From Diplonema japonicum (Eukaryota; Protista; Euglenozoa: Diplonemea), in the NCBI GenBank assembly GCA_964019335.1, contig OZ025753.1:1-64000 (forward strand): DNA of 64,000 bases. The letters are read 5' to 3'. Both the position numbers and the translations under genes were made by a program. Shown piece by piece: positions 47,926 to 59,959 of the stretch. The notes under the pieces are model-generated. The model saw only the letters and a list, made by a program, of their open reading frames with translations, had not been told where the DNA came from and made no database searches. Every line of letters begins with the position of its first letter. Position 1 is the stretch's first letter.

Positions 47926-48531
47926 TCCTGTCCCAGTACCTGAACCCTTTATCTTTTTCTTCTATGACTTCTATCTTTTTGGTATTGCTGTTTCAGATGA
48001 GAGGGTTTACGTAGCCAGCTACGGGCTTTATGTTTTTGAAAAGCCCACTTCAACAGCGGCACCCACAGCATGTGATGTGTTGTGTCACCTTGACGTTAAA
48101 AAGAACGTTAAAAATCGACTTCTTCTTCTTCTCTTTTTTTGCACCCCAAAAAAGTGGTCTCACTTTCCTGAGATAACAAAAAAAAAAAAAAAAAAAAGAA
48201 TTGTTTTTCTAACAACGATCCTAAAGCTACAATTTCTGTTTCTTATTGGGGAACACTGTTAGGGCGTTCTAATAAGGTCCCTTGAGATAATACACCACAG
48301 TCGGCACCCGCCAAAGCCCCCAGAAGGGGGACAACGGGGACTAAGCCTCCTCGTAAGGCCGAGGCCACAGAAAGGGAAAGGGGGGGGAGGGGGGGTAGAT
48401 AAGTAGAGACAAGGGGGATGTTCCAAAACAGGAACCTCCTTCATCTCCATCTCTTTGTTTTTCTTTTGTATCTTGTTAAATGTTTGATTCTCTCACAGCC
48501 ACAGGGTTCGGAAAAGAAAAAATACGAATAA

Positions 48532-51500
48532 ATGAACGGTCTTCGGGGCATGTTGCTGCTGGCAGCCCTCCTCGCAAGCAGTGCTGCGGCACCACTCAGT
48601 CGCATTGGAGGCATCGATGTCATGGGTGATTTCACCGACGTGCAAACGATAGGGAACATCGCTTACGTTGCAAGCGGGGCCACGGGTCTCATGATATTCG
48701 ATGTCAGTAATGCGTCGTCGCCGAAGCTGCTGAGCAGCAGTGCTGATTGCATTGGGTGCAACACGACAGCTCAGTACGTGACTGTGGACGGCACAACGGC
48801 TTACGTGGTTCCTGTTCACTATTACGATACTCCCGGTCCCAGCTACACAGTGTTCGCGATTGTTGATGTGAGCACACCTTCGTCACCGAGGCAGCTGGGG
48901 GTTTACGAAATGGAATATAAGTACTATCCCAATTGTCGCATTTTCGTTTCAGGTAGTACTTTTTGGAACTATGTGTTTGCACCGAATCTTTTTGGTACTA
49001 TCGATGTGGTGGATGTGAGCACACCGTCGTCGCCCAGCTTGGTGAAAAGGATTGACCTTGGGTTCAGAGGAGGGGTCCGCAGTAGTTACTACATTGCTGG
49101 GGGGACGCTCTTCGCGTATTCTAAGGCCGTCCTGCACTTCATCGACGTGTCAACCCCATCAGTTCCTGGGCCGCCTCGCAAGATGTACACTAAAAATTTT
49201 GATAACCCTCTGTTCAGTGTTGTTGGGTCTCATCTCTATGTGTATTATGGGGGGGGAGCGAGTGTCACCATCATCGACTTTTCTATACGTGGTTCCGAAA
49301 GGCAGATAGGTACCTTTGGTGTTATCTTCTGGGCCACATCTTTCTCCGTGTCGGGGAATACAGCTTATTTAGGGAGCAAGGATGGTCTTTATATTTATGA
49401 CATTACCCGCCCATCCACACCAGTGGGAAGCTCTTTGAATGCTGTATCAGCCCTCTCTGTGTCTGGGACGAAGGTCTTTGCTGGGGTTCTTCGTAGTCTG
49501 GTGGTCTTCGATGTGAGCGATCCCTCTTCACCTCAACCTGTGAATGACTTCCACGCGAGAGATATGATGATGGGTCTTGAGCTCTTTGGTTCGATGGCAG
49601 CTGTTGCTACTTCAAGAGACTTAAGCAACTTGACCATGCAAACCTACGATGTTCGTGATGCGTCTTCCCCGCAAGAGCTGAGCAGTCTTCTGGTCAGTAA
49701 GAATGGACTTGCGACCAACTTCCTTGCTCTGTCAGGAACGACAGTGTACTTGCCATTCGTGGAAGGAGGATATGTTATTAGTGGTGTTCAAACTGTCAGT
49801 GTGAGCGACCCATCTAAGCCCACTGTCTTGGGGACGTACACGGCAAATGACACGAATTATGTTTACATTGCGGTTGATGGAACAACAGCTTATGCCATTA
49901 ATGAGGGATACAAGGAAGGCTTTATGGATATCATCGATGCAAGCGTTCCATCATCACCTTCCTTGTTGGGCACCTTTCGGTACAATGGCGCCCGTGGAAA
50001 TGGAGGCGATGTTAATGGTGTAACTGTCAACAATGGCTTTGCTTACATTATCACCACATCCACCACCAACACTTCCCTTTGCATTGTCGATGTGCACCAT
50101 CCGCAGTCACCCACTCTGTTCACCACCTTAGAGGACCTGCCCTGTGAGGGAACAGAAACAGTCACTTCCATAGCCATGCATGGAACCACTGTCTACTATT
50201 CGTGTTATGGAATCTTTGGCATCATCGACATCAAAGATGCATCGTCGCCTTCACCTCAGCTGATTGGGGGGTACACAGCACAGGTCTTTGACTTCATTGT
50301 TGACGGGAACACGGTCTATCTTGCCTCTTATGCTCAGCTTCTCGTTCTCGATGTGAGCAGACCGTCGTCTCCACAGCTTGTGGACAGCCACTTCATCCCC
50401 GCCGCTCTTTTACGCGTCCACATCTCCGGATTTCAAAGAAATTTCGCAACCCACACTCCTCTTCTCGCTGTTTCAGGTGGGAGGGTTTACGTAGCCAGCT
50501 ACGGGCTTTATGTTTTTGGAAAGCTCACTCCAACAGCGGCACCCACATCGGCACCTCCAACAGCACCACCCACATCGGCACCACCCACATCGGCACCTCC
50601 AACAGCACCACCCACATCAGCACCGCCCACTTCGGCACCTCCAACAGCACCACCCACATCAGCACCACCCACATCGGCACCTCCAACAGCACCACCCACA
50701 TCAGCACCGCCCACTTCGGCACCTCCAACAGCACCACCAACATCAACACCACCCACTTCGGCACCTCCAACAGCACCACCCACATCAACACCACCCACTT
50801 CGGCACCTCCAACAGCACCACCCACATCAACACCACCCACTTCGGCACCTCCAACAGCACCACCCACATCAGCACCGCCCACTTCGGCACCTCCAACAGC
50901 ACCACCCACATCAGCACCACCCACATCGGCACCTCCAACAGCACCACCCACATCAGCACCGCCCACTTCGGCACCTCCAACAGCACCACCCACATCAACA
51001 CCACCCACTTCGGCACCTCCAACAGCACCACCCACATCAGCACCACCCACATCGGCACCTCCAACAGCACCACCCACATCAGCACCGCCCACTTCGGCAC
51101 CTCCAACAGCACCACCCACATCAACACCACCCACTTCGGCACCTCCAACAGCACCACCCACATCGGCACACTCAACAGCACCACCCACATCAGCACCCTC
51201 AACGGCACCACCAACATCGGCACCTCCAACAGCACCACCCACTTCGGCACCCTCAACAGCGCCACCCACATCAGGACCCTCAACACCAGTACCGGACGGA
51301 ACACCAGCACCCAGTGAGAACAGCAATGACACATTGAAGATTGTGGCTATTGTAGCTGTACTTTCCCTTGTTATTGTGATTGCCATCGGCGTTGCTTGTG
51401 TATGTGAAGACAAAATAAAAATAAAAATAAAGGGATCCGAATCCCTTTGTTTGGGCGGTGAGGGGGGGTGTTTGGGCTCCAAAAAAAAAAAAGAAATACT

Positions 51501-52603
51501 GTAAAACGAAAAACTCCCGGACGGAAAAATGTCCGAGTTTTTTTGGTGTGTCCGGGAATTTTTCCGTCCGGGAGTTTTTTTTGTAAGGTCGTCAGGGGGC
51601 CTGGTCCACTACCACCTGCGTACTGGCCTGGGCTGCAAACGGCAGCGCGAAGAAACCCCCACCGAACCACTGGGTTCCCTTTCTGCATCTTTGTCCTCCC
51701 TTGCTGCACCTGAGGCAATAAGCTTGTCGAGCCTTCGGGTGGCCCACTATTTATAACCTTTCTTAATAGATGCTTTACAGCATTCAACCCAATATCCATC
51801 GGTTGAACCATGTATGTGAGCCCAGGGGGACAAAAGCAATGTGCACGTTTGCGCCTGCGAACCACTCTACGAACCCATAGGCATAGGTCGTGTGAGAGTT
51901 GTGGTCGCCGACAAGCAGCAGAATCGGCCCGTTCGGCAAAAGCATGGGAATCGATGATTTTATAGCAAAAAGGGAGAAACAGCTCCGTAGCCGAGATACC
52001 GCGTGTATCATAATTAGCCCAATGATTGGGCGATGCCGTTAGGCTCCATTCGGTGGGCGGGTGCTTGACCGGGGCACGGATAATCCCTGCCGGTTGCGTT
52101 TCCGCTTTGCCTTTGTATTTAAGTTGCGGATGCAACTCATCCAGCCAAGGAAACAGCCAGCTGTTCGGTTATAGCCCGTTTTGTCCCCCAAGCCACGGAA
52201 CGACCTTAGCACCCCTTTTCGTTTTGGTTTTTAACTCTGTATTCCAAACCAATTCCGGCCTTACTTTATGGGTGTCGATTATGGACCTGAATTCGATGGT
52301 GGATTGCCATTGCAGACGAGGTTTACGTGCTGGCCGACATTTAACGGGGGATTTATTGTCACATAGGAGGGTCCTTCCACTGTCCTTTGCTTGACAAAAT
52401 GAAAAAAAAAGAACTCAGGTGGATTTGCCCTTAAACGCATCACCTTTTTAATTTAAATTGGGATTCTGAGTCTGAAAAGTAAATACCCCACACCACAGTA
52501 TTGCAAAGCGAAGAAGAAGAAGGTGCCGGTCAGTGAGGATGAAGCTCTGGCAGATTTCGGTGACACGAACGCCTGCGAAGACGACTACAGTGTTGCTGCT
52601 TAG
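48532..52603 (+). CDS. LVIVD surface protein C2, intact, long stalk: join(48532..51399,52499..52603), ~990 aa
   Basis: Propeller identical to C1; 214-aa longer PT stalk; exon 2 YCKAKKKKVPVSEDEALADFGDTNACEDDYSVAA* differs from C1 by an in-frame 6-nt indel. Confidence 0.8.
50551..51273 (+). repeat. Coding minisatellite: 14 x 42 bp (APPTAPPTS[A/T]PPTS) plus 27-bp units
   Basis: Unit gcacctccaacagcaccacccacatcagcaccgcccacttcg repeats every 42 nt. Confidence 0.95.
51499..52385 (-). mobile_element. pogo-family remnant inside the C2 intron
   Basis: Duplicate of 42437-43310; GPILLLVGDHNSH and VQPMDIG motifs. Confidence 0.75.
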
Positions 52604-52912
52604 GGTGCTGCAGTTTGACTCTGTCTAAGCCCACCGGCAAGCCCCCCGACGAGCCCACCGACTAACCCCCACCGACTAGCCGTCTACCTAGCAGCAAGCC
52701 CTTTTAATCTATTTCTTCGCTTCTATATTCTAACTTAAAACCATTTCAGCTACCTAGCAGCAAGCTAATCAAAAGGCAGCAGGAAGAAATCAAGTGTAAA
52801 CAAATAGAAAGAAAAAAAAAAAAAAAAAAGGAAAGAAAGAAAAAATAACATAAACCCCAACAACCCTCTTCCCCCCATGTGCATTAATAAAAAAAAAAAA
52901 AAAAAAAAAAAA

Positions 52913-53629
52913 AAATAGCTATTTACTGCCAACAAGTAATGACTTTACCGTTACCTCGAGGTTCCGCATTTTACCGTCGAGGGCCCGCAAGGCCAGAGAT
53001 GGTAAAATGCGGAACCGAGAGGTCGGTAAAGCATTACTTGGCGGTAGGTAAGTGGTTTTATTTCACGACACTCTGAAATTACTTCACCACGAGGGGCACA
53101 ACAGGGTGACAAGGGGTACAATAAGAGAGGGGTTACAAAGGTTACAATACAAGTTGTTTTTCCTCCTTTGTTGACTAAGAGCTGCCGCTGTCGCTGGCAT
53201 TGCCACTGTCACCATCTCTAATCAGGCCTTCCCATACCTGGCGCGGTTTTCTGCTTCGGTATTTTGAAGTCATTTGGGGAGCTTGGGTAAGCTGACTAAG
53301 TTACCCTTACCCACAGAAGAGTTACCCCCAGAAACTGGGAACAAGGCCTAGCCAAAAGTGGGCAAATTGAGAGGAAAAAGTAGTCCAACTTGGAACTGAG
53401 CCGAGGCAAAAGTTGGTCAGTTAGAGAGGGAAACTAGCAAACTGAGAGGAAAAAGTAGCCCCACTGGGAACCGAACCGAGGCAAAAATTGGCCTACCGAG
53501 GCATATTATTTAACGGAAACCCCCTATTACTTCACGGAAAACAGGCCATTATTTCACCGTGAAGTAATGAGATTTAGCGTGAAGTAATGGGCCCCCCAGT
53601 GCGTGAAGTAATTTCTGAAGAGTGAAATA
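52913..53629 (+). mobile_element. Long-hairpin element, second subfamily
   Basis: Starts aaatagctattta.tgccaacaa; ~130-nt hairpin; tttatttcac / gtgaaataaa inverted repeats; repeated gtgaagtaat motifs; absent at the paralogous site (~43745). Confidence 0.7.
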
Positions 53630-55458
53630 AAAAAAAAAAAAAAAGAAAAAAAAAGGAATCCCGAGGATTGGCAACCAAAGGAGGAAGAAAAAAAAAAAAA
53701 AAAAAAAAAGAAAGAAAAAAAAAAGCCATTAGCCAACTGTGGAAAGAGAATACCCATGTCACAAAGGTGCTAGAACAATAACACAGGCCGACACGAAAGC
53801 ATACGAACGTCTCAACACACTTCCGTTGGCTCCACACAGCCCAGCTGGGTGGGGTCGGCCTGGCTAGACCAAGAGGAGGTGGAATTTAAAAAAAAAAAAA
53901 GAAAAAAAAAAATCTGGGAAGGTTTTCAATGACTAATAATTTTGAACTTTAAAGCTATTTCATCACCCCCCCCCCCCCCCCCCCCTCCCCAAGGGAAAAG
54001 CCCATAATTCTTCATTTTTCTTTTTTTTAAAAAGGGAGCATCATAAGGTAGGGACGCCTTCTAACCATTTAATTTCCTATCATTATTTGTGTCTGGCGGT
54101 GGGGATAATGTGGATATATAAAGAAGTAAATCAGATGTGTTGTTCGCTGTTGACCTCCTCGTGGGAGAAGCAGATGCTCTGGGTGACGAACAGGCAGCAA
54201 ACTACACGGGCTCAGAATCTTAGTTACCCGGGACGCCCCTGGCTGGGTTGAGCTGCACACCGCACACATCACGCCGCGGAACGCAGAAGAAGCTGCAGCT
54301 CGGCTGAGGTGCGCTGAAACTGAGAACCTACCCCCCACCACAGCAGCCGACCAATCAGATGCAGCAGTGTGAATAAAATAAAAAGGAAAAGCCCCCTGAA
54401 CAAACTTTTACTCGACCTGATGCGACTCGCAACCGGTTCACCTGGGAGGGACGACTGGAACAACAAAAAGCTCGTGCCGACCTACCTCGAACTACCCGAA
54501 GAACCCCACCCCATCTGCCGATAGAAATGCAGCGACGCAGAAGGGTAGCAACACAAAATAGACCCCCCCCCCCCCCCCCACCACGCTGCACACTTAACTC
54601 CAAATAGTGTTGCAACCAAAGCCCCATTTTTTAGGCGTCCTGTCACATACCGCAGGTACCCTTAAATGTCTCTTTTTTTCTTTTTTTTCTTTTCTTTTTT
54701 TATTCTTTCATTTTTTCTGTACTTCATTGGTAAAATTCCGCTCGTGCGCACAAACAAAACGAATCCAACGAGCGATAATGTCAAGGGTTGAGTTCGATCC
54801 TGACCGTCCCGGCTCCACCCTCTCATAGTTTCACGAGGGGCGCTCCTTTTGTCGTTGTTAGACCTTAGGGTGAGCTGTCTCATCACCCCCCCTCCTCCCC
54901 TCCTCCCCTCTCAAAAGGCGAAAAGCCACAACAATGCTCAATTCTTCAATTTTTAAACTTTTTTCATCACCCCCCCCCCCCCTCCTCCCCTCGGTTTGGC
55001 ACACATAAGGGTTAATGCTTTACCCCCTCTCCCACTCCCCTTTTTATCACCTCTCTGTTTCCTGTTATTTTGTTTTTCAGTGGGGTGGTTTCCCCATCCT
55101 GGGGGGGTGGGGGAACTGGAAAAAAGAAACCCCCACTTATATCTTCATCAGTACAAAACGCCTGGAGGCATTTGTGATTGTGATTCCCTACGCCGAATCT
55201 TGTCCCCTGAAAAGAATATGACTTTTTTTCATTCTTTTAAAAGCCATTCTCTCTCAAACACCTTTTTCTTCAATCATCATTATCATTCCTCCCTGGAGGA
55301 GTTGCGAGATATGTCCGAAACTGAGAGATACCTAGTACTGACCATACCCTTCCCCTTTTTACGTCTCTGGGAGCTTGCATGTTAATTTGAATTCTTGTTA
55401 AATGTTTGATTCTCACAGGCTCTGGTTTAGAAGAAAAAAAGAAAAAAAATACGAATAA

Positions 55459-57152
55459 ATGAACGGTCTTCGGGACATGTTGCTGCTGGCAGCCCTCCTC
55501 GCAAGCAGTGCTGCGGCACCACTCAGTCGCATTGGAGGCATCGATGCTCTCGGTGATGTCAACGACTGTTGATGTGAGCACACCTTCGTCACTGAGGCAG
55601 CTGGGGACTTACGAAACGGATGATGCTTCCCACTCTCGTGTTTTTATTTCAGGAAAGTATGCGTATTCACGTCAGCCGACACAGGATGATGGGATCCATG
55701 TGGTGGATGTGAGCACACCGTCGTCGCCCAGCTTGGTGACAAAGCTTGACACTGAGTTCAAGTGGAGCCTAGATGATTACTGCGTTGCTGGGACGTCTAT
55801 TCTCAATCTCCAGGCGTCCTGCAGCTCTACGACGTGACAACCCCGTACCTTCCTCAGACCTTGGGCAAGATGAACTTCAAAATCTATAATATCTATAGTC
55901 CCCCTCGGCTCAGTGTTTTTGGGTCTCATCTCTATGTGGCCGTCCACACCGGTACCAGTGCACTTTCACTTCTGTAACAAGCCTCTCTGTGTCTGGGACG
56001 AAGGTCGTTGCTGTGTTTTTTCGTAGTCTGGTGGTCTTCGATGTGAGCAATCCCTCTTCACCTCAACCTGTGGGTTGGCTAAAGCACGAGGGGAGATTAC
56101 ATAGGTGTTGAGCTATTTGGTTCGACGGCTCTAGTTGTCACGACGCCGCGTTATCGAAGCAACTTGACCATGCAAACGTACGATGTTCGTGATGTGTCTT
56201 CCCCGCAAGAGCTGGGCAGCCTTCTGGTCAGTGACCATCAGGTTCAGACCAACTTCCTTGCTCTGTCAGGAACAACAGTGTACTTGCCATACCAGGACTC
56301 TGCTGGTATTCAAACCGTCAGCGTGAGTGATTTATCTAAGCCCACTGTCTTGGGGACGTACAAGGAGAATGGCCCGAATTATGAAAACGTTGCGGTTGAT
56401 GGAACAACAGTTTATGCCACTAGCAATAACAAGGACATGGATATCATCGATGCAAGCGTTCCATCATCACCTTCCTTGTTGGGCACCTTTCAGTACAATG
56501 GCGACCGTCTACATGGTGTAACTATCAGCAATGGCTTTGCTTACATTTTCGCCACCACATACACCCCCACCGGATCCAACACTACCCTTTGCATTGTCGA
56601 GCACCATCCACAGTCACCCACTCTGTTCACCACCTTAGAAGACGTCCCTTGTGCGGGAAATATAGGCGATTTCATAGCCATGCATGGAACCACTGTCTAC
56701 TATTCGTGTTATGGAAGCTTTGGCATCATCGACATCAAAGATGCATCGTGGCCTTCACCTCAGCTGCTTGGGGAGTACACAGCACAGGTCTTTGACTTCG
56801 CTGTGGACGGGAACACGGTCTATCTTGCCTCTTATATTCAGCTTCTCGTTCTCGATGTGAGCACGCCGTCGTCTCCACAGCTTGTGGACAGCCACTTCAT
56901 CCCCGTCGCGTTTCAGGGCTTTCCTTCGCTGTTTCAGGTGGGAGGGTTTACTTCGCCAGCTACGGGCTTTATGTTTTTGGAAAGCTCACTCCAACAGCAC
57001 CACCCACATCGGCACCCACATCATCGCCCTCAACAGCACCTCAAACACCAGTACCCAGTGAGAACAGCAATGACACATGGAAGATTGTGGCTATTGTAGC
57101 GATTGTGACGGCACTTTCCCTTGTCATCGTGATTGCCATCGGTGTTGCTTGT
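55459..57152 (+). pseudogene. LVIVD paralogue D2 (deletions and frameshifts)
   Basis: Duplicate of D1 with a partly different set of deletions; keeps the segment D1 lost at 46690. Confidence 0.85.
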
Positions 57153-57347
57153 GTATGTGAAGATGAAAAGAAGAATAAAAAAGAAATAAGAAGAAAGGAG
57201 AAGTGATTTCTGAGCCTCCTTTGGCTTATTTCTTTTTATAATTTTTGGAGACCTCCAAAGCACAGTCCGGCACCAATCTAAGAACCACACCTCGTGGACC
57301 GGACGATGGGTGTGGCACCTTCATGTGAAGCGTGCAACTTCAATGCT

Positions 57348-58795
57348 CACATGTGCAACAAGCTTGGCCAAACCCTCAAGGCTACAGTTTGCAATGTGAC
57401 GAAGCTTAGCATCGCGACCCCGCGCCCAGAAGCGGCCGAGCCCACGGCAAGCTGCCCTTGCTCGAAGCGCAAGACCTCACATGCACATGAGGGACACGCT
57501 TGTGGCCTGGCAGCGGAGGTCATCGATGATGACGATGTGAAGGAGATACTGAACAGGGGCATGAAGTTCCGCCTCTCGACACACGCCCTCCTCTCTTCTC
57601 AAAGTCTCGAGGAAGACATCAATGGTTTCATCACTCAGAACTTTCGAAAACCTCCCGCCGCGAAAAAGGAATCCTTCCGGAAGGTCCTCCTCGCCAAAGC
57701 ACAAAACCTCCTCCATCCTCACACCCAGTCTCCGGTTTTCGACCCTTCGATCCCGGAGTTCATCAAGACAAAGCTTCGCAAACTCCAGGAGATCTATGTT
57801 TTCCTCCCCATTGACAAGAGCACGCACGACATCGGCGTCTGTTGCAAGGACCACTACCTCAAGATCTTGCACCAACAGCGACAGTCAAGCTTTCGAGCCG
57901 GTCTCGAGACCCTTGGACTCGATCTTCTCTGAGATAGCAGATCAGGCCAAGGCCTTCAACCTCGATTCCACGCGTCGCATGCCGTACCTTTACGGTACCC
58001 TGAAGCTACACAAAGACAAAGTGGGCTTCAGGTGGATCTCCGGTGTCTCCTCCACTGATGCACCCCCTGTGGTCCAGCCTACTACAAACAGCACGCAGGA
58101 AATCATGGAAAACCTGGTCGCAGCTAGTGGCGGTGCAACGGGCAACAAGACCAAGAAGCCCACAGCTGCCACCACAGCCCTCCACCTCGAACTGTCGTCC
58201 CTCCTGAAGGCTGTCCAACGCACGCTGCTGGCCAAAGATCTGGAAGGCAGGGCCAAGACTCACGGTCCCGACGGCATCCGACTAAAGCGGTACTGGATCG
58301 TCGACTCGGCCGAGAACGTAGCTGCGGACATCAAGCAGCAGTACGTGGCTTTCAAAAACCTGTCCCCTGCTACCTACGACTTCCGGGACATGTACACCAA
58401 CCTCGACCAAGAACGGCTGAAGGAGGGGGTTCGTACAGCAGCCCAAGAAGCGTTCGACTTTACCGGCAAGAACCTCACCCGTGGCAAGGACGAGAGCTCT
58501 TTCACGGACGCCGACGGGGACGACGTCTACACCCCGGAACGGATTCAAAAGCTCCTGGACCTCGTCGTTGACAACGCATATGTCGTGCAAGGCGGCCGTG
58601 CTGTTCGTCAAGTAAAAGGAATCCCCATGGGCGGGAATGCCTCCCCCGACCTGGCGAACCTGTTCTGCTACGCCGTGGAGGCCGCGTACATCGACAAACT
58701 CCTTGCCGAAGAGGACTGGGAGACCTTGAAGCGCTTCTGCAACCGACGACTTCCTGTTGTGGGAGCACTGCGCCACCTCCAGAGGATCTCTAGGA
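57348..58795 (+). mobile_element. Penelope-like element (Naiad/Chlamys-type), decayed RT region
   Basis: CPC..GH..LNRGMKFR, PIDKSTHDIGVCCK, MPYLYGTLKLHK..FRWISG, TYDFRDMYT, RQVKGIPMGGNASPDLANLFCY; catalytic DD out of frame at ~58744. Confidence 0.85.
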
Positions 58796-59169
58796 GGGGG
58801 GTTTGGGACGCAAGATACCTCGTCCCACCCCCCACCCCCACATTAATTTCACACCTGTCTCGACATGCCAAGCACTTCTCACCAGATAAGATGGAAGTGC
58901 TTTGAGATGCTGTGCCCGGTTGCCCAGGCACTTGTGACCCTTTTAAGGGCAGCCCACAAGATTTTGCAAACGTTGACACTTTTTTTTCTTCTTTTTCTTT
59001 TCTTCTTTCTTTTGATGTAATGACACACTGGGCTTGTGCAGCTTGTATTACCTAAGCAACAAAGCTGCTCGACTGTTTTGAGCATTGGAAAAAAAAAGAA
59101 AATGAGCATTGTGACTTTTCGCCTTTGGGAGGGAGGAAGGGTGTTGAATAAGCTAAAGAATTCTAATTA

Positions 59170-59925
59170 CTGTAAACAAAAAATCACCGAAAGATCAGGA
59201 TACGAAGGCACCGGCGTAGAGCATCCGGTTGTTGAGGCGTTCAGTCCTATGTCCAGGGGCTGGCACAAAAAGGTGGGGCCGGGGGACAAACGCTAAGTGA
59301 ACGTTTGTTTCAGAAAACAAGTTCACAAAATATCCAGCGTAGTGTGGACAATGTAGTCATCAAGGATGAGTAGGATGGGCCAGCCCGATGACTCGATGAG
59401 GTTGTAGCAAAGGGGAGAAACAAATCTTCTACCCAGAGCCGAAGCGTTTCCTGGCTGGCCCAGTGAGATTTCGAATCTGTTAAACTCCACGAGGGACAGA
59501 CCCGGGGTATTTCCTGCTGCGAGCTGGTTCTGTTTTTCCCGTGTAAATTAACTGCGAGTACAGTTTGCCACCAGACAGGGAACGCAAAACCGTCCGGTGA
59601 CGGCAATGTGTTTAGGGAGGTTGGAAAATGAGAAATAAAAAGCATAAGAACAACCCTAAAGCAAGCACAAGGAGTGGTTCGGTTCGACAAGTTTGTGGTA
59701 GAAGCGAACAATCAGGTATCTTTTAGTTCTTGGAAAAGTCCGTAATTCAATTCTCTGATTTTCGCTTGATTTTCTCTTGCTACAGAAACTATTTTCATCA
59801 GTTTTCGGGTCCAGCAGCTTTTAAAAAAAAAGAAAAAGTCTCAGGAAAAAAGTGTCCGGAAGAAAAAAATATCAGGACCGCCAGAGCTTCAGGACATTTT
59901 ATCTTCCGGTGATTTTTGTTTACTG
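59170..59925. mobile_element. pogo-type non-autonomous element
   Basis: TA + ctgtaaacaaaaaatcaccgaaagat ... atcttccggtgatttttgtttactg TIRs. Confidence 0.65.
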
Positions 59926-59959
59926 GATTGGTTTTTTTTGAAACCTTCCCAGACAGAGT

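Larger units (their letters stand above)
39557..57150 (+). repeat. Tandem segmental duplication (~39557-47140 vs ~47980-57150)
   Basis: 40109-42090 and 48532-50513 look identical by eye (offset 8423); intron, exon 2, SINEs and the next paralogue are also duplicated, with indels. Confidence 0.9.

Noticed and set aside
29110-49500. Diversity-generating retroelement explanation for the variable loops
   Set aside because: Differences include indels and all base types rather than adenine-specific changes; nearby RTs are LINE/PLE type; no template repeat seen.
50551-51273. Possible CRISPR array
   Set aside because: Head-to-tail repeats without unique spacers, in frame within a eukaryotic gene.
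50508-51482. Long antisense and alternative-frame ORFs (GGAVGGA, HHPH, VVLM repeats)
   Set aside because: Shadows of the 42-bp coding minisatellite.
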